DNA of 63,813 bases, filler included, from Olpidium bornovanus S191 (taxonomy: Eukaryota; Fungi; Olpidiomycota): assembly GCA_017911155.1 (NCBI GenBank). It is 29 parts of 29 records of this genome, joined end to end, with 100 filler letters (N's around TTAATTAATTAA, not from the genome) between each part and the next. Parts side by side here need not be neighbours in the genome. Positions count along the whole stretch, not along the records: positions 1 to 2,038 come from JAEFCI010008902.1; positions 2,139 to 5,633 come from JAEFCI010011742.1; positions 5,734 to 7,736 come from JAEFCI010005696.1; positions 7,837 to 9,137 come from JAEFCI010011999.1; positions 9,238 to 10,394 come from JAEFCI010009155.1; positions 10,495 to 13,084 come from JAEFCI010007402.1; 23 more parts are not named here. One strand, 5' to 3'. Position 1 is the first letter of the stretch, and every line of letters begins with the position of its first letter. This document shows, piece by piece, positions 1 through 11,065 of this stretch. A model generated the notes under the pieces. That model was given only the letters and a program-made list of their open reading frames with translations. It did no database searches and was not told the DNA's origin. Position numbers and translations under genes: made by a program.

Positions 1-221
1 ACCAAGACCCCACACCGTACGGCGTAACGGCGCAGGCATTAGGCCGCGCCTATATAAAGCGCCACGCCCGACGTACCTAAGAGGTAGATCGTGCACAAGA
101 AGCTCATACGCACAAAAGTCCTAGCACAATACCCAGATCCAGATCCAGATTCCAGAGCTAGACTCGTGTATACATTATCTCCAGATAGCGCATTGCGCAG
201 ATAAATAATACACTTGTTACA

Positions 222-315
222 GGTTGGGCCACACACGGTTTGGGCCACACACGGGTTGACACACCCGGTTGGGCCACACACGGGTTGACACACCCGGTTG
301 GGCCACACATGGGCT
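222..315. repeat. Tandem 29-bp repeat (gggccacacacgggttgacacacccggtt)
   Basis: gggccacaca recurs at about 226, 242, 271 and 300, with two full 29-bp units. Confidence 0.9.
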
Positions 316-425
316 GGATTATCCCCACGGTTCCAAGGACAACGGCCACCGGGAGCAAAAGGTATAAATAGGCACCATTGCCCAAATGTTGGCTGTTAGA
401 ATCTTCAGATCCACACAACCACACT

Positions 426-486
426 ACTTCCGATAGCTTAACAGCTGAAGTACACACACTTCCGATAGCTAGACAGCTGAAGTGCA
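426..486. repeat. Two-copy 32-bp direct repeat with internal dyad (ACTTC...GAAGT)
   Basis: acttccgatagcttaacagctgaagt at 426 and acttccgatagctagacagctgaagt at 458. Confidence 0.85.
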
Positions 487-989
487 TTCACACTTTAAAA
501 ACACGCTTTAAAAAGTTCTTCTGGGTTCCGATAAAAATCGAATCACTTTTCAACCCTGCGTGTTACAGGCACGTTATCACAGTGCCGAATTGCCCAGATC
601 TCATGGTTGTCGGACATTTACAGAGGACAACGGGGGCATTGTAACAGCTCCGAACCAAGGTTGATTTGCCATTTCCCCGCAATCCTTCTGCCATCTATCT
701 CATTATATATCTTTCTCAAATGCTTCAAAAAAAAAACGGGGGTCACTGGTTTCAGTTTCGTGGAATAAGGGTAATTTTCCGTGTTGACGATTAGGCGCGG
801 CTTCGTGGCGTGCCGAGGCAAGCGGCTCGCGTGTCGGTCGAGAAAGTGACGTCCGTTACCCCTCCCCCCCCCAGCCACGCCCTCGAAGACCACGCAACTG
901 TCTTCGGCACGAACGGCCAACACCAGACCTGTCCCAAAGGGTCTCCAACAAATTTTTTTTCCAGACACTATATGTGGCGCACAGTATAT

Positions 990-2038
990 CTATCTGCGGC
1001 GGACCTCGGTGAACCCGTCCGCGTCAGTAGCAGCAGCCTCCCTCGCTTTCTTGGCTGCTTCACGCTCGCGCCAGCCACCAGCCTTGCCACTGCCGAATAG
1101 CGGCCGCGAACTTCCGTCCCCTGCGGAGTCTAATGACTGCGCGGAGCCTCTCAGCGACGAGGTCGTACCAGCGTCGTCGCGCCGGGTGGCGGCGTTCTCG
1201 GTCTCGGTGTTAGTTGTCGAGGCCCCGATCGGCTCGCGCGACTCCCGGCGCCAAGACCGACTATCGGAACTCGCGGGAGACGTGAAGTCCTTACGGGGGA
1301 AGGACGGCGAAGAACCCTCACCGTGCGCACGGTGCGGTGGGACGTATTTACCCGTTGATGCCGCCGGAGAGGCAGCCTCCGCAGACGATGGAGGGGTGCT
1401 CCGCGCGGACGGTACGCCGCGTGCCCGTTCGGTAAGCTTCCTCTCAATTTCTGCCTCCCTGGCACGCTGCTTCTCGGACTGCTCCGCCAATTTTCTTTAA
1501 TATCGAAAAGAAACAAAAACTTCAGCACGAAGATCGCACAAATGAACGACTCGCATTATTGAACACGTACCTCTGATGCTCCGCGGCCTCTTCCTTCTCC
1601 TTCGCAAGGCTGGCCTGCCTAGCTGCCTCTGCCGCGGCATTTTCTTCCTTGCGTCTCCTCTCCTCCTCCTCGCGATGGGTGCGCTCGCGCTCCGCCTCTT
1701 CCTCGCGCTGAATTCGTTCGCGCTCCGCCTCTTCAGCATCACGGGCTGCCTTGGCCTTAAGCTCGCGGTAGCGGGCACGGCGGTTCTCTTTTTCCTGCTC
1801 AATCTTGGCGCGCGCGGCCGCGTGCCTTTCCCTGAACTCATCTTGGCGGCGTTCTTCGACGGATGCGCGGTACTGCTGGTACTCAGCCAGCATGCGGATG
1901 AATCGTTCCTTCTCCCGCATGTCAGCCGCGCGCTTCGCCCGAGCGGATTCCAAGATCGCCTTACGAGTCGCCTCGTGGTAGGCTGCGTCGCGCTTTCGCT
2001 GCTGTTCGTAATCCTTCTCCAGCAGCGGGATTTCCGCA
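990..2038 (-). CDS. TIF32: Translation initiation factor eIF3 subunit A, C-terminal part (5' truncated; intron 1495-1570)
   Basis: REIPLLEKDYEQQRKRDAAYHE followed by an E/R-rich coiled coil, then GKYVPPHR and GGWREREAAK tail motifs typical of fungal eIF3a. A GT-AG intron joins the two ORFs in frame. Confidence 0.85.
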
Positions 2039-2138
2039 NNNNNNNNNNNNNNNNNNNNNNNNNNNNNNNNNNNNNNNNNNNNTTAATTAATTAANNNNNN
2101 NNNNNNNNNNNNNNNNNNNNNNNNNNNNNNNNNNNNNN
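2039..2138. other. Artificial contig linker (about N44-TTAATTAATTAA-N44); first of 28 such linkers in the window
   Basis: The same 12-mer, which has stops in all six frames, sits between N runs at about 2039, 5634, 7737, 9138, 10395, 13085, 15001, 16317, 18104, 19605, 22064, 23902, 28136, 29939, 32241, 34759, 38770, 40806, 42066, 46451, 48373, 49907, 51973, 53122, 55852, 57362, 59949 and 61549. Genes are truncated at the linkers. Confidence 0.98.
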
Positions 2139-2143
2139 CCCCC

Positions 2144-2210
<67 letters not shown>

Positions 2211-2220
2211 GGGCGCGCAG

Positions 2221-2838
2221 GTATTTTATGCATTAGGTGAGCGGCCGGTGGCCGGCGATTCGGAAGAACGGGGGAAGGGGAGGGGGTGCGGGAGGTGAAA
2301 GGGAACGGTTTTTCTCCGAGTACCAAGATTCCCCCCCGCCTCACTCCGCATTCGAGGCGCGGGTACGACCCCCCCCCTACTTCCCGTAAATTTTTTCCTC
2401 GCCAGCATTCTTCACCAGGTTCGACGACCCCGTCTCGAACGTGGCGGCAGGTCTGGTAATAGGTGAGTTCCCCTTTCCTCTCCCCTTTATCTTTCGCTGC
2501 CCCTTTTTTTTTTTTTTTTTTTTTTTCCCGGGGCCTTCCGAAAACCCCCGCCCGCCTTTTTCCTCGGGGGGGGGGGAATGACTAGTGTTTTTTTTTTTTT
2601 TTTTTTTTTTACATCGCACGCAGGCATATACGTTCACGGAGTCTCGGCGTAAGTTTTCCCACGCCGCCCTCCCCTTCCCTCCCCTCCCCCCAAGTTTCCT
2701 TCGGGAGGTCTTATTGCTTACCGCCTCCCTCCCTTCCCTCCCGCACCGAACCCCGCCCGGTTTTTTTGCGTTTTCCCCCCGTGCCGGGCCGGCAGGTACG
2801 GCATGGACGGCCTGCTGGAAGACGGTTGCGATCGCTGA
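2221..2838 (+). CDS. C-terminal exons of a membrane protein, probably of the fungal LCCL-domain membrane protein family (5' truncated)
   Basis: GT-AG exons 2221-2236, 2406-2462, 2624-2648 and 2796-2838 splice in frame to VFYALAFFTRFDDPVSNVAAGLVIGIYVHGVSAYGMDGLLEDGCDR*. This resembles the GLLVGLFINGIARWGFDSIL-type C-terminus of fungal LCCL proteins (recalled, not searched). Confidence 0.55.
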
Positions 2839-3746
2839 GAAAGTTTGACGGTGCTACCATTAACCGACGCCCCTTCTTGTCTCTCCCCCAACCCCGCATT
2901 TTTTTTTTTTGTTTTTTGCGGGGGGGGAGGGCCGGGGACGGGTGGGGCCCGTTCAAATCCAATTTTTGTACCTTTTGGAACAAACCTCGCCGCGCAAGGA
3001 AAAAAAAAGAAAAAAAAATCGGGGTTGGCGAAAATGTTGTGGTTTGCGTATTTCCGGACCGGGTCCCCCCTCCGTCGCACGCGCGCGCGCCCTCCCCCCT
3101 CCTCTCTCTCTCTCTCGCCCGGCCGCCTCTCCCCTTCTCCTCCTCCCCTCCCGCACCCGTTTACTTTTTCGTTCCTAAACGGAATCCTCGCCGTTTTGGG
3201 ACCTTCCCCCCCGCGACGCCCCCACTCCTTCCCTCTTTTTTTTTTTTTTTTTTTTTGTCCTTCGGGTTCGTTTAAAATTTCCTCCTCACCGTCGCGCCAC
3301 TTTTCTTAGTTTTTATTTATTTTTCTTGTTTTAAATTTTGTTCTGGTTTGTTTTTTTTGTTGTTTTTTTTTTCCCCGCGAAAAGAAAAGAACGCGCGAGA
3401 ACTTTCGTTCTTCGGCCCCCCTTCCCGCCTCCACCCGCCCCGGGGAAAAAAAAAAAAAAAGAAAAAAAAAAAAAGGAAAAAAAAACCTTAAAATTCCCCG
3501 CCCGCGCCCCTCTTCCCTCTCCCCGAGACAACGTGAGAAAAAATCCCGGCCTTCCCTTTCCCCCCTGTAGATCGCACGCAAAGTACGCACGCACGCACGC
3601 CCGGTTCCCCTCTGCCCCTCTTCCTCCCCTCTACCCCGTCTCCTCTCCTTCCCGTAATCGCTGCCTGATTCCGGGGCCGGGAGAAAAAAAAAAAAAGAAA
3701 CCTTCTCTTTCCCGCCTGTTTCAAACTTCTCGCGGGCCGGGCGCTC

Positions 3747-4661
3747 ATGGACACCGCCGCGGCGGCCGGGCGGCACGCGGACTGCGCCTCGTCCTGGTGG
3801 AGCTTCGCCGAGCGCGCCCCCTTCGATCCGCCGGGCCCCCGTCAGCAGCCGGGCGCTGCGCCTCCCCTGTGCCGCTTCTTTCGACCGCCGGGCCCGCGGG
3901 CGGCGGCCAAGAGGCCGCGGGAAGTCGGCGCCGACGACGAGGACGGCGACGACCTGCCCGGCTGCGCGGCGGCGGGTTCACCAACGCGGAGGAAGAGAGC
4001 GCGGCCGGCGAGGCCGGCGCGCGACCGGGTGATAACCGCGGCCGGCCCTCCGTCTTTCGTGCCGGGGACGATCGAAGAGGAGGAGGAAGAGGAGGAGGAG
4101 CCCCCCTCGGAGCCGCGGCGGAGCGGCAGAGAAACAGCGGCTGCCGCCGGGGAGGATGACGATTTAGACCTGGAGGTGGACGGGGTTATCGACGTGCGCG
4201 GGACGGCGCTGGACACCGTCGGTGCTGACAGCGACGGCGTTGACGCGGACCCATGCAACGGCGGGTGGTGGCGCGGCAGCCCGCCGCGGACAAGACTCGA
4301 CGGCGATGTCCCCGGCCGCGGACCCGCCGCCGGGCCCTGCGCGCTTTCCGGCGCCCTGGTGCCCCGCCGCCGCCTCTACAACATCCGTTTTGGCCAGAGC
4401 GCGCGGGCGCCAGAGCTCACCCCGCTGCCGCCGCACCTGCGCTTCTCCGACGAGTTCGACTTTCGGTCCCTGGCGGACTGCCGCCAGGCCGCGGCGGCCG
4501 GCCCGCACGAGCGCCGCGGTCCGGCGAGCGAGAAGCAGCTCGTCCTGTACCGGCCCGCGCCTTCCCTCCTGCAGCCGGCGGCCTCGCGGAAAGCGCCGCC
4601 CTTGCTGCCAGAGGAGATCGACACGGTCGCCGACGCGGTGGATGCCATGGATCTTAGTTGA
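3747..4661 (+). CDS. Hypothetical low-complexity protein, 304 aa
   Basis: ATG-to-stop ORF with GC3-rich codons, a poly-E tract and a C-terminal LVLYRP motif. No recognised domain. Confidence 0.6.
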   Translation: MDTAAAAGRHADCASSWWSFAERAPFDPPGPRQQPGAAPPLCRFFRPPGPRAAAKRPREVGADDEDGDDLPGCAAAGSPTRRKRARPARPARDRVITAAGPPSFVPGTIEEEEEEEEEPPSEPRRSGRETAAAAGEDDDLDLEVDGVIDVRGTALDTVGADSDGVDADPCNGGWWRGSPPRTRLDGDVPGRGPAAGPCALSGALVPRRRLYNIRFGQSARAPELTPLPPHLRFSDEFDFRSLADCRQAAAAGPHERRGPASEKQLVLYRPAPSLLQPAASRKAPPLLPEEIDTVADAVDAMDLS

Positions 4662-4993
4662 GGAAGCTTTTTCTTTTTTGTTTTTTTTTTCTGTTCCCTC
4701 TCATTCCCGTGATATCATAGTGTCGCGATCCGCCTTATACTCCCCCTTATTGAGTAATATACCGGTGATTCCGTGCTCGCCGTGCCCGCCAATTGACCCG
4801 CACCTTCGCCGCGTTCGGTTTAGTTTGCACTATGGCGTACGCCGCGAGCGCATTTGAATTCATCTGATGCGGATCGGCGGTGTCCTTTTTTCAATATAAT
4901 TTTTTTTCTTTGAGACCGCTCTGGGCTGAAGCCGTCGCGTTGCGCTCTGGAGACGCCACTGAGAGGAACGTTCGTGGTATTTATCCGGGGATT

Positions 4994-5580
4994 TCAGTCC
5001 ACGTATTGAACAGTGAGCGACAAGGCGATCGGCAGCAGGGCATCCGTGACCGAAACGATCTCCCCCTCCTGCGCAAACTCCGAGACCGGTTTCTCGAGGT
5101 TTGGCCGGGTCGCCAACTCCAGCGACGGCGGAGCGGGCATGTATATCGAGCGCGACGCAGTGCGCAGCGACGGCCTTTTCAGCAGCCTTTTTGGCAGAGT
5201 CGGAAAACCACGTCCCCGGAGCCGGGCATTGGAAAAAAAAAATAATGATCAGCGGGAACCGGCCCGAATAAAGTTGGTAGCCGTCTGGCACCAAAGCGAA
5301 AAAAAAAGTAAGAAAGAAAAACAACGCCCAGTTTGCTCCCCGTACTCACCCGAATCGACCTTCCCCACCGGCCTTGATCCATTCCAAAAGATTCAAGACT
5401 GTCCACGCCCGCGAGACGTTGGCGGTGATCTCTTGCCTTCCGCAAACCGCACAGTCTTCGAGCCTCTGATGTTGAAAAGTGTACGTGTAGATGCCATCAG
5501 TACCGGAGTACATCATGTAGTTGTCAAGGCGCGGCCCGCATAGTGTCGCGATCTTGAGCGCCTCCAGACAGCACGACGCT
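4994..5580 (-). CDS. UBA3: NEDD8-activating enzyme E1 catalytic subunit, C-terminal exons
   Basis: CCLEALKIATLCGPRLDNYMMYSGTDGIYTYTFQHQRLEDCAVCG, then after an intron KRPSLRTASRSIYMPAPPSLELATRPNLEKPVSEF...VTDALLPIALSLTVQYVD* (E2-binding domain). Confidence 0.9.
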
Positions 5581-6486
5581 TTTTTTAAAGTTCGAGAACG
5601 GGGGATGGCGGAACCGGCTTTGATGACTTTTTCNNNNNNNNNNNNNNNNNNNNNNNNNNNNNNNNNNNNNNNNNNNNTTAATTAATTAANNNNNNNNNNN
5701 NNNNNNNNNNNNNNNNNNNNNNNNNNNNNNNNNCATGCCCAAACCGCTCTGGTTCACACGACGAGAGAAGGACACCTCCACAGTGTCATCTGCTACATTC
5801 TTTGTCCACGGCTCCTTGAAATTTGCTCAGCCGATTCTGGCTGAGAAGAACTCAAAAGAGGTTTTGCCGAGACAGGTCTGACTGCAGAACACGGTGAGCT
5901 ATGGTACAGCAAAAGACGCTTTGCAGGAGCAGCTCAAGAACCGGCTCATCAAGGCGAACAAGGCACAAAAGCGGGCTGTAAACGCGATCGCAAACAGGTC
6001 GCCATATCGAGTGACGCGCCGGTTTGCGTGAGGAATTCGCCCACGGCCCGCCGGGCGTCCTCAAATCTAGATAGGATCCATTTGCATTGCTTGTATTATT
6101 GTTTTGCATGGTCCAAACACCATGGCGCGGAGACGCCGGATGACTATGCCGAACTTTGTGGGTTTATTTACCTGCATGGTGGGGTTGTGAAAAATAAAAA
6201 AGAAAAAGCCCCGAACAGCTGCCGTTAACGCGTCGGCCCGCCGTGTTCTCATTCAGCGGTTGAACAAAAGAACCGACCGCCGGCGCGTCCGGTCTTGTCT
6301 GCCCGCTTTCCCTGTGCGCCGAGAGGCTGTTTCGGCGGTGTGGGGGAGGACGATAGAGATGACGGGCGCGGGCGGAAGGAGTTTCTCGTCGACGCCGTCG
6401 CCACCCCACCGGGGCCAGAGGGGCCGCGTTACCGGGGGCCGCTAGGGATTGATTGCCCATACCGGCGCATCTGAAACCCACAAGAC

Positions 6487-7532
6487 ATGCTGTTTTCGCC
6501 GGCCAACAAAGGCGGCACGGCGGTGAAGACCACTCCCGTCGACCCGGCGGACCCCCACGAGCCCGTCGCGCACCTGGGCGATCACGACCTGCTGGCGCAG
6601 GAAGACCGTCGGCGGCCGCACAAGGAGAAGCGGGGCGACCACAGGGTCGCTCCGATCCTGCAGCAGTCGCGGGTCAGGGTCGTGCACCCTTGCGTGCCCG
6701 TCTCGCCCCACCAATTCCTCCTTGCGCCCACCGGCGGGGCCGGCGCCGATCTGGAGGAGAGCCGCCGGGAGCCGCAACGGCGAAGGGACCGGGACGGCCA
6801 AGCGGTGGGCGCCGACGGGGTCGTGACCGTCGGGTCGTTACCGTACACGCCGACGATGCCCATGAAGCTCAGCAGAGCCTACGCCGTCTCCGACCCAGAC
6901 CCGCTCGGCGGTTTGGCCGAGGCCGCGGACAGCTGCCAGACCCCTCTGCCTGTCTCCGCCGACGTCGAGGGCGGAGACGGCCAGATGTGCCAATCCGGCT
7001 CGGCGAACTCCATCGTGCGCACCGCCGCTGACCGACTTGTCACGGGTAAGCGCCCCACCCATCACGGGAGTCATGGACGGGAAATTCGAACAGGGATGCG
7101 CCCCTTTAGCCCCCCTCCCTCCTCCATCCTTCCCCCTCTTCCTCCGCAATCTGAGCTCCGCGGCGGCTTCATGTCTAACGCAATCGCGGCTGCCGGGTGC
7201 ATCAGGACTTGACTGGGCAGGGGAGAAGCTTGCCAACTTATTTGGAATCAGCCAACCGAAGTATGCATGGGCCATTGAGGAGCACGAACGATGGAAGCGA
7301 TACGTAAGCGCCAAGGCCGGTTCAAATTATCTCTCCTCGCTTTGGTTGGCCTTCCCCTCCCCGTTTTGCTCCCATCCCTTTCCCCCCCGCTCTTTTCCGT
7401 CCGTTCCCTCGCAAAGTTAACCAGAGCAATAAAATTCGGCGGTGTTTGCCGGAGGCACAGGTGGAGGCCGAACAGGAACACGACCGTTTGGCGAAAAACG
7501 CGCAATTCTTCGAAAAGGGATTTACGGTCTGA
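6487..7532 (+). CDS. FAM177-like protein (exons 6487-7045, 7206-7303, 7461-7532)
   Basis: In-frame GT-AG splicing gives GLDWAGEKLANLFGISQPKYAWAIEEHERWK, which matches the FAM177 core as recalled (DFLGEKIASVLGISTPKYQYAIDEY). Confidence 0.7.
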
Positions 7533-8013
7533 CGCCTCTGGAGGCGACTGTCTGGAGGAGACGGAAAGATTTGTGCCTGCAATCGCGCCAAAATTCCTAC
7601 CTACGGATGTAAATAACCCGGCGGCATTCGATCATACCCCTCCATCCCCCTTCTCCCAGGCCAAGCTCCGCGCCCGGCGTCTATTTAAAGTGCTCTCCTC
7701 TTTCTTTTACCTCCCGTTAGAAAAAACAAACATGTANNNNNNNNNNNNNNNNNNNNNNNNNNNNNNNNNNNNNNNNNNNNTTAATTAATTAANNNNNNNN
7801 NNNNNNNNNNNNNNNNNNNNNNNNNNNNNNNNNNNNGTACGCGGCGCTGGCGGCGAGCGGCGCGGCTTCCGGAAACAGGGGTCGCATCCCGTGCGACTGT
7901 TTTGATCAGAAAAGTGAGCACACAACATCGTTTTTCCGAAAGGGATGGGGGGGGGGGGGGGGGGGGAAAGGGGGCCCCGGGGGCCCCGGGCGCCTTTTCC
8001 GGGGGGGGTTACC

Positions 8014-8047
<34 letters not shown>

Positions 8048-8261
8048 CAAAAAAACAATCCGGATTTTTGAAAACAAAAAAAAAAAAAAAAAAAAAGATT
8101 GCTTCCCCGCGGAAGAAAAAAAAAAACTTGCTGCCTAACCCGATCTAAATCAAACAGAAGGCTCCTGGGGCAAACAACATCAACGACAACAACAGTCCCT
8201 CCTTCCCCACGTCCTGCGAAGGCGCACGAAAGCCTCCGGAAACGACAGCAACAAAAAAAAT

Positions 8262-9108
8262 ATGTCTGCTCAACTGTTTTGCCTGGCGGAAGAAGAGGGG
8301 GACGATGACGACGGTACGGCGAACAGCGTGTTGTGCGTGTCGGCCGATTCGTTCAAGACAATGCTCACCTCAACCAGCGACACGATCGAGCCCAACGGCG
8401 GGCTCATGTTCCGCGACGACGGCGAGGACGAGCTGAACAGCGGCCTCGCCGAACGGGACCCCCATTGCGGAGAGTCGCTCCGCGCGGCGTTGTCGGGCTC
8501 GGGCGCAGACGCCAAGTTCTGGCTGGGCTCGCTGGGCGCCGACCGGCCGTCGGACGGGGTGATGAAGGCTTGGGACCCCGATGACGGCCGTGATGTCGAC
8601 CGGGCGCACGGGGGCGGGCAGCACGCCGACGAGGCCGTCCCGCCCGAAACGCCATCCCGCGGCGCGGCCCACGCGGGCAGCAGGCGCCCCGAAAACCCGT
8701 CGCTGCTCTACCAGTTCGAACACGACAGCGACCTCGCCGCGGGCGGGGAAAGGAAATTTTTCAAGGTCCTGACGGACGACGAGATCGGCGGTTTCAGCTC
8801 GGCGCCCAGCACGCCGCCGGCCGACCTCATGTCTCACGCCAGCGGAGCGAGTTCCGTGGTGTGGGGCTCCGCGAGCACCTTGGGTTTCACCAGGTCAACG
8901 GCGGGCGCCAGCACGGATCTGTTTCCCGTTCCCTCGGAAAGCGGCGAGCAGGGTGCCGGTGGCGCCGCTGATCGACCGCTTCCTCCCTCGGCGCCGGCAG
9001 CAGCAAAGAAGACTCCGCGCATGCTGAAGAAATCTCTTCCTACGTTGCTGACGGAGATGGGCACGCATCATCCCCTCAGGATACTGCTGGTCGACGACAA
9101 TCCAGGTA
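8262..9108 (+). CDS. Fragment of a two-component signalling protein (likely hybrid histidine kinase); start of a receiver domain
   Basis: A long S/G/D-rich linker ends in LRILLVDDNP (receiver beta1 plus acidic pair), followed by a GT donor and the contig end. Confidence 0.55.
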
Positions 9109-9330
9109 AAGGGGCGTGAGTGAGGAACGTGCCTCAANNNNNNNNNNNNNNNNNNNNNNNNNNNNNNNNNNNNNNNNNNNNTTAATTAATTAANNNNNNN
9201 NNNNNNNNNNNNNNNNNNNNNNNNNNNNNNNNNNNNNAAAAAAAACGGGGGGCGGGGTAAAAGAATATACGCGGTGGGGACACGGGAGAGAGGGGGACGG
9301 GAGGGGGGGGAGATGAGGAAGAGGATTGGT

Positions 9331-9540
9331 ACGCACGACGCCGGCGGTTTCCTCGACCGCGGCGAGCAGATTGCCGTCCTTCCACGCGACGGGTTCCGGG
9401 GACGGCGGCGGCGGCGGCGACTCGAGGTGGACCGCGGCCGGGAGGTCGACGACCGGGGCTTCGCCGCCGGGCGGCGGGATGGACGCCGCGTAGACCGCAG
9501 GGGCGGCGAGGGCCAAGGCGAGGAGGAGCGAGGCGCGCAT
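9331..9540 (-). CDS. First exon of a secreted protein (signal peptide, Pro-rich)
   Basis: MRASLLLALALAAPAVYAASIPPP... followed by a GT donor (gtacca); truncated by the linker. Confidence 0.6.
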
Positions 9541-9727
9541 AGCGTCGGTTTGTTGGTTTTTTTTTTTTTTTTTTTTTTTGTTTCACAACAAGAGGACGCG
9601 AGGACGCGGCTGAGGGAGGGAGGCGGCGGGGCCGAGCGCGGGTTTTTTTTTTATTCCGCGGGGGGCTCCGGAGAGGCGCGGGGGCGGCGGGTGAGCGAAG
9701 AACGCGCGGCTATCGTACGGAGGCGAT

Positions 9728-9728
<1 letters not shown>

Positions 9729-9796
<68 letters not shown>

Positions 9797-9806
9797 GCCG
9801 TCGTCG
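9729..9806. repeat. (GTC)n microsatellite
   Basis: About 20 near-perfect GTC units. Confidence 0.95.
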
Positions 9807-9938
9807 CCGTCGTCGGGTTCCGGCGGAAAAGGGGGCGGGGGGGAAAAGGGGAGAAAGGCGGAAAAGGGGGCGAAGGGAGGGTGGGGGGGGGGGGGGGAAA
9901 GGGGGGGGGAGGGGGCAAGGGCCTCGAAAAGCACCCCC

Positions 9939-9992
<54 letters not shown>

Positions 9993-11065
9993 CCGCGTCC
10001 TCAGAGCTCTCCTCCCCCTTTTTTTCCTGTTTGTCCCCCCCTTTTTTTCTGTCCGCCCCCTTCTTTCCCATGATCCCCCTCCCCCCCCCCCCGCCTCCGC
10101 CTCCCCGCCCGCCCCGGAACGGAGACGCGCAGGGGGGGATTCCCCCCCTTCTTAAAAACCGCCGCCCCACCCACCACAACCTTCCCCCTGAAGAACGCAG
10201 ACGACTTTCGGCTTTCTTTCGGGGTACGGAGGAGCTCTGCCGAAGCTGTATTTCCGCCGCCTTTGTTACTCTACATGTACGATGTACGAGGGGGACCTAT
10301 GGTCCAGGGGCGGGAGAGTCCGCAGTGCCCCTTTAGTATGCCTCCCCCTTTGCCATTCTTTCCAACACCCCGCCTCACTGACACACTATCGCCCNNNNNN
10401 NNNNNNNNNNNNNNNNNNNNNNNNNNNNNNNNNNNNNNTTAATTAATTAANNNNNNNNNNNNNNNNNNNNNNNNNNNNNNNNNNNNNNNNNNNNCATGTT
10501 CGTTGGAGCCGACCTCGCTCAAAGTTGCTTATCATAAGCGTTGTTGGGATATTTTCTGCTTTCGTCGGCCTTCGTTTCTGCGCTAGTCGTCCGGCCTCGT
10601 AATCGCGCGTGGTTCAATCAATTGGGATAGAGACGTTTCCCCCGCGGGCGGCACCAAACAAGGCGCCGTGTGCCGCACTAAACATACACCAGCAGTGTTT
10701 TGTGAGACGTTTTGTATTTCTGACGGGGCGCCAGGGTTTTGGAGCATCTGGAGCGTATGACAGAAGGACAGAACAGAATCTGCGCTTTGCAGTGAGCTTT
10801 TCAAGAAGTCTCCGTGCTTGATCAACCGCCGTAACTCGGCCCCTGGTGGGTCGCGGAAGTCTTTCTTCCTGCGACTCGCGAGAGGTGTTTGCTGCGGGTG
10901 GAAGACGGCGGGAGGAGGCGGCGAGGTGGGGCGGGAACAGGCCGCGCGCGGGGAACTTCTTCCGTCCCTCTTCCACCGCCGCCGGCCCGAACAAAAAAAA
11001 AAAAAAAAAAGTATTCCCGCGAAACCGTTTGACGCAGATCGGCCTTTCGCGAGTGCGAACGCGCC

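Noticed and set aside
426-486. Palindromic 26-bp direct repeats as a mini-CRISPR
   Set aside because: Only two copies with a 6-nt gap, no cas genes, and a eukaryotic context.
9583-10336. ORFs rich in poly-K, poly-F, poly-G, poly-P or poly-T (here and throughout)
   Set aside because: They are translations of homopolymer tracts and microsatellites, not proteins.
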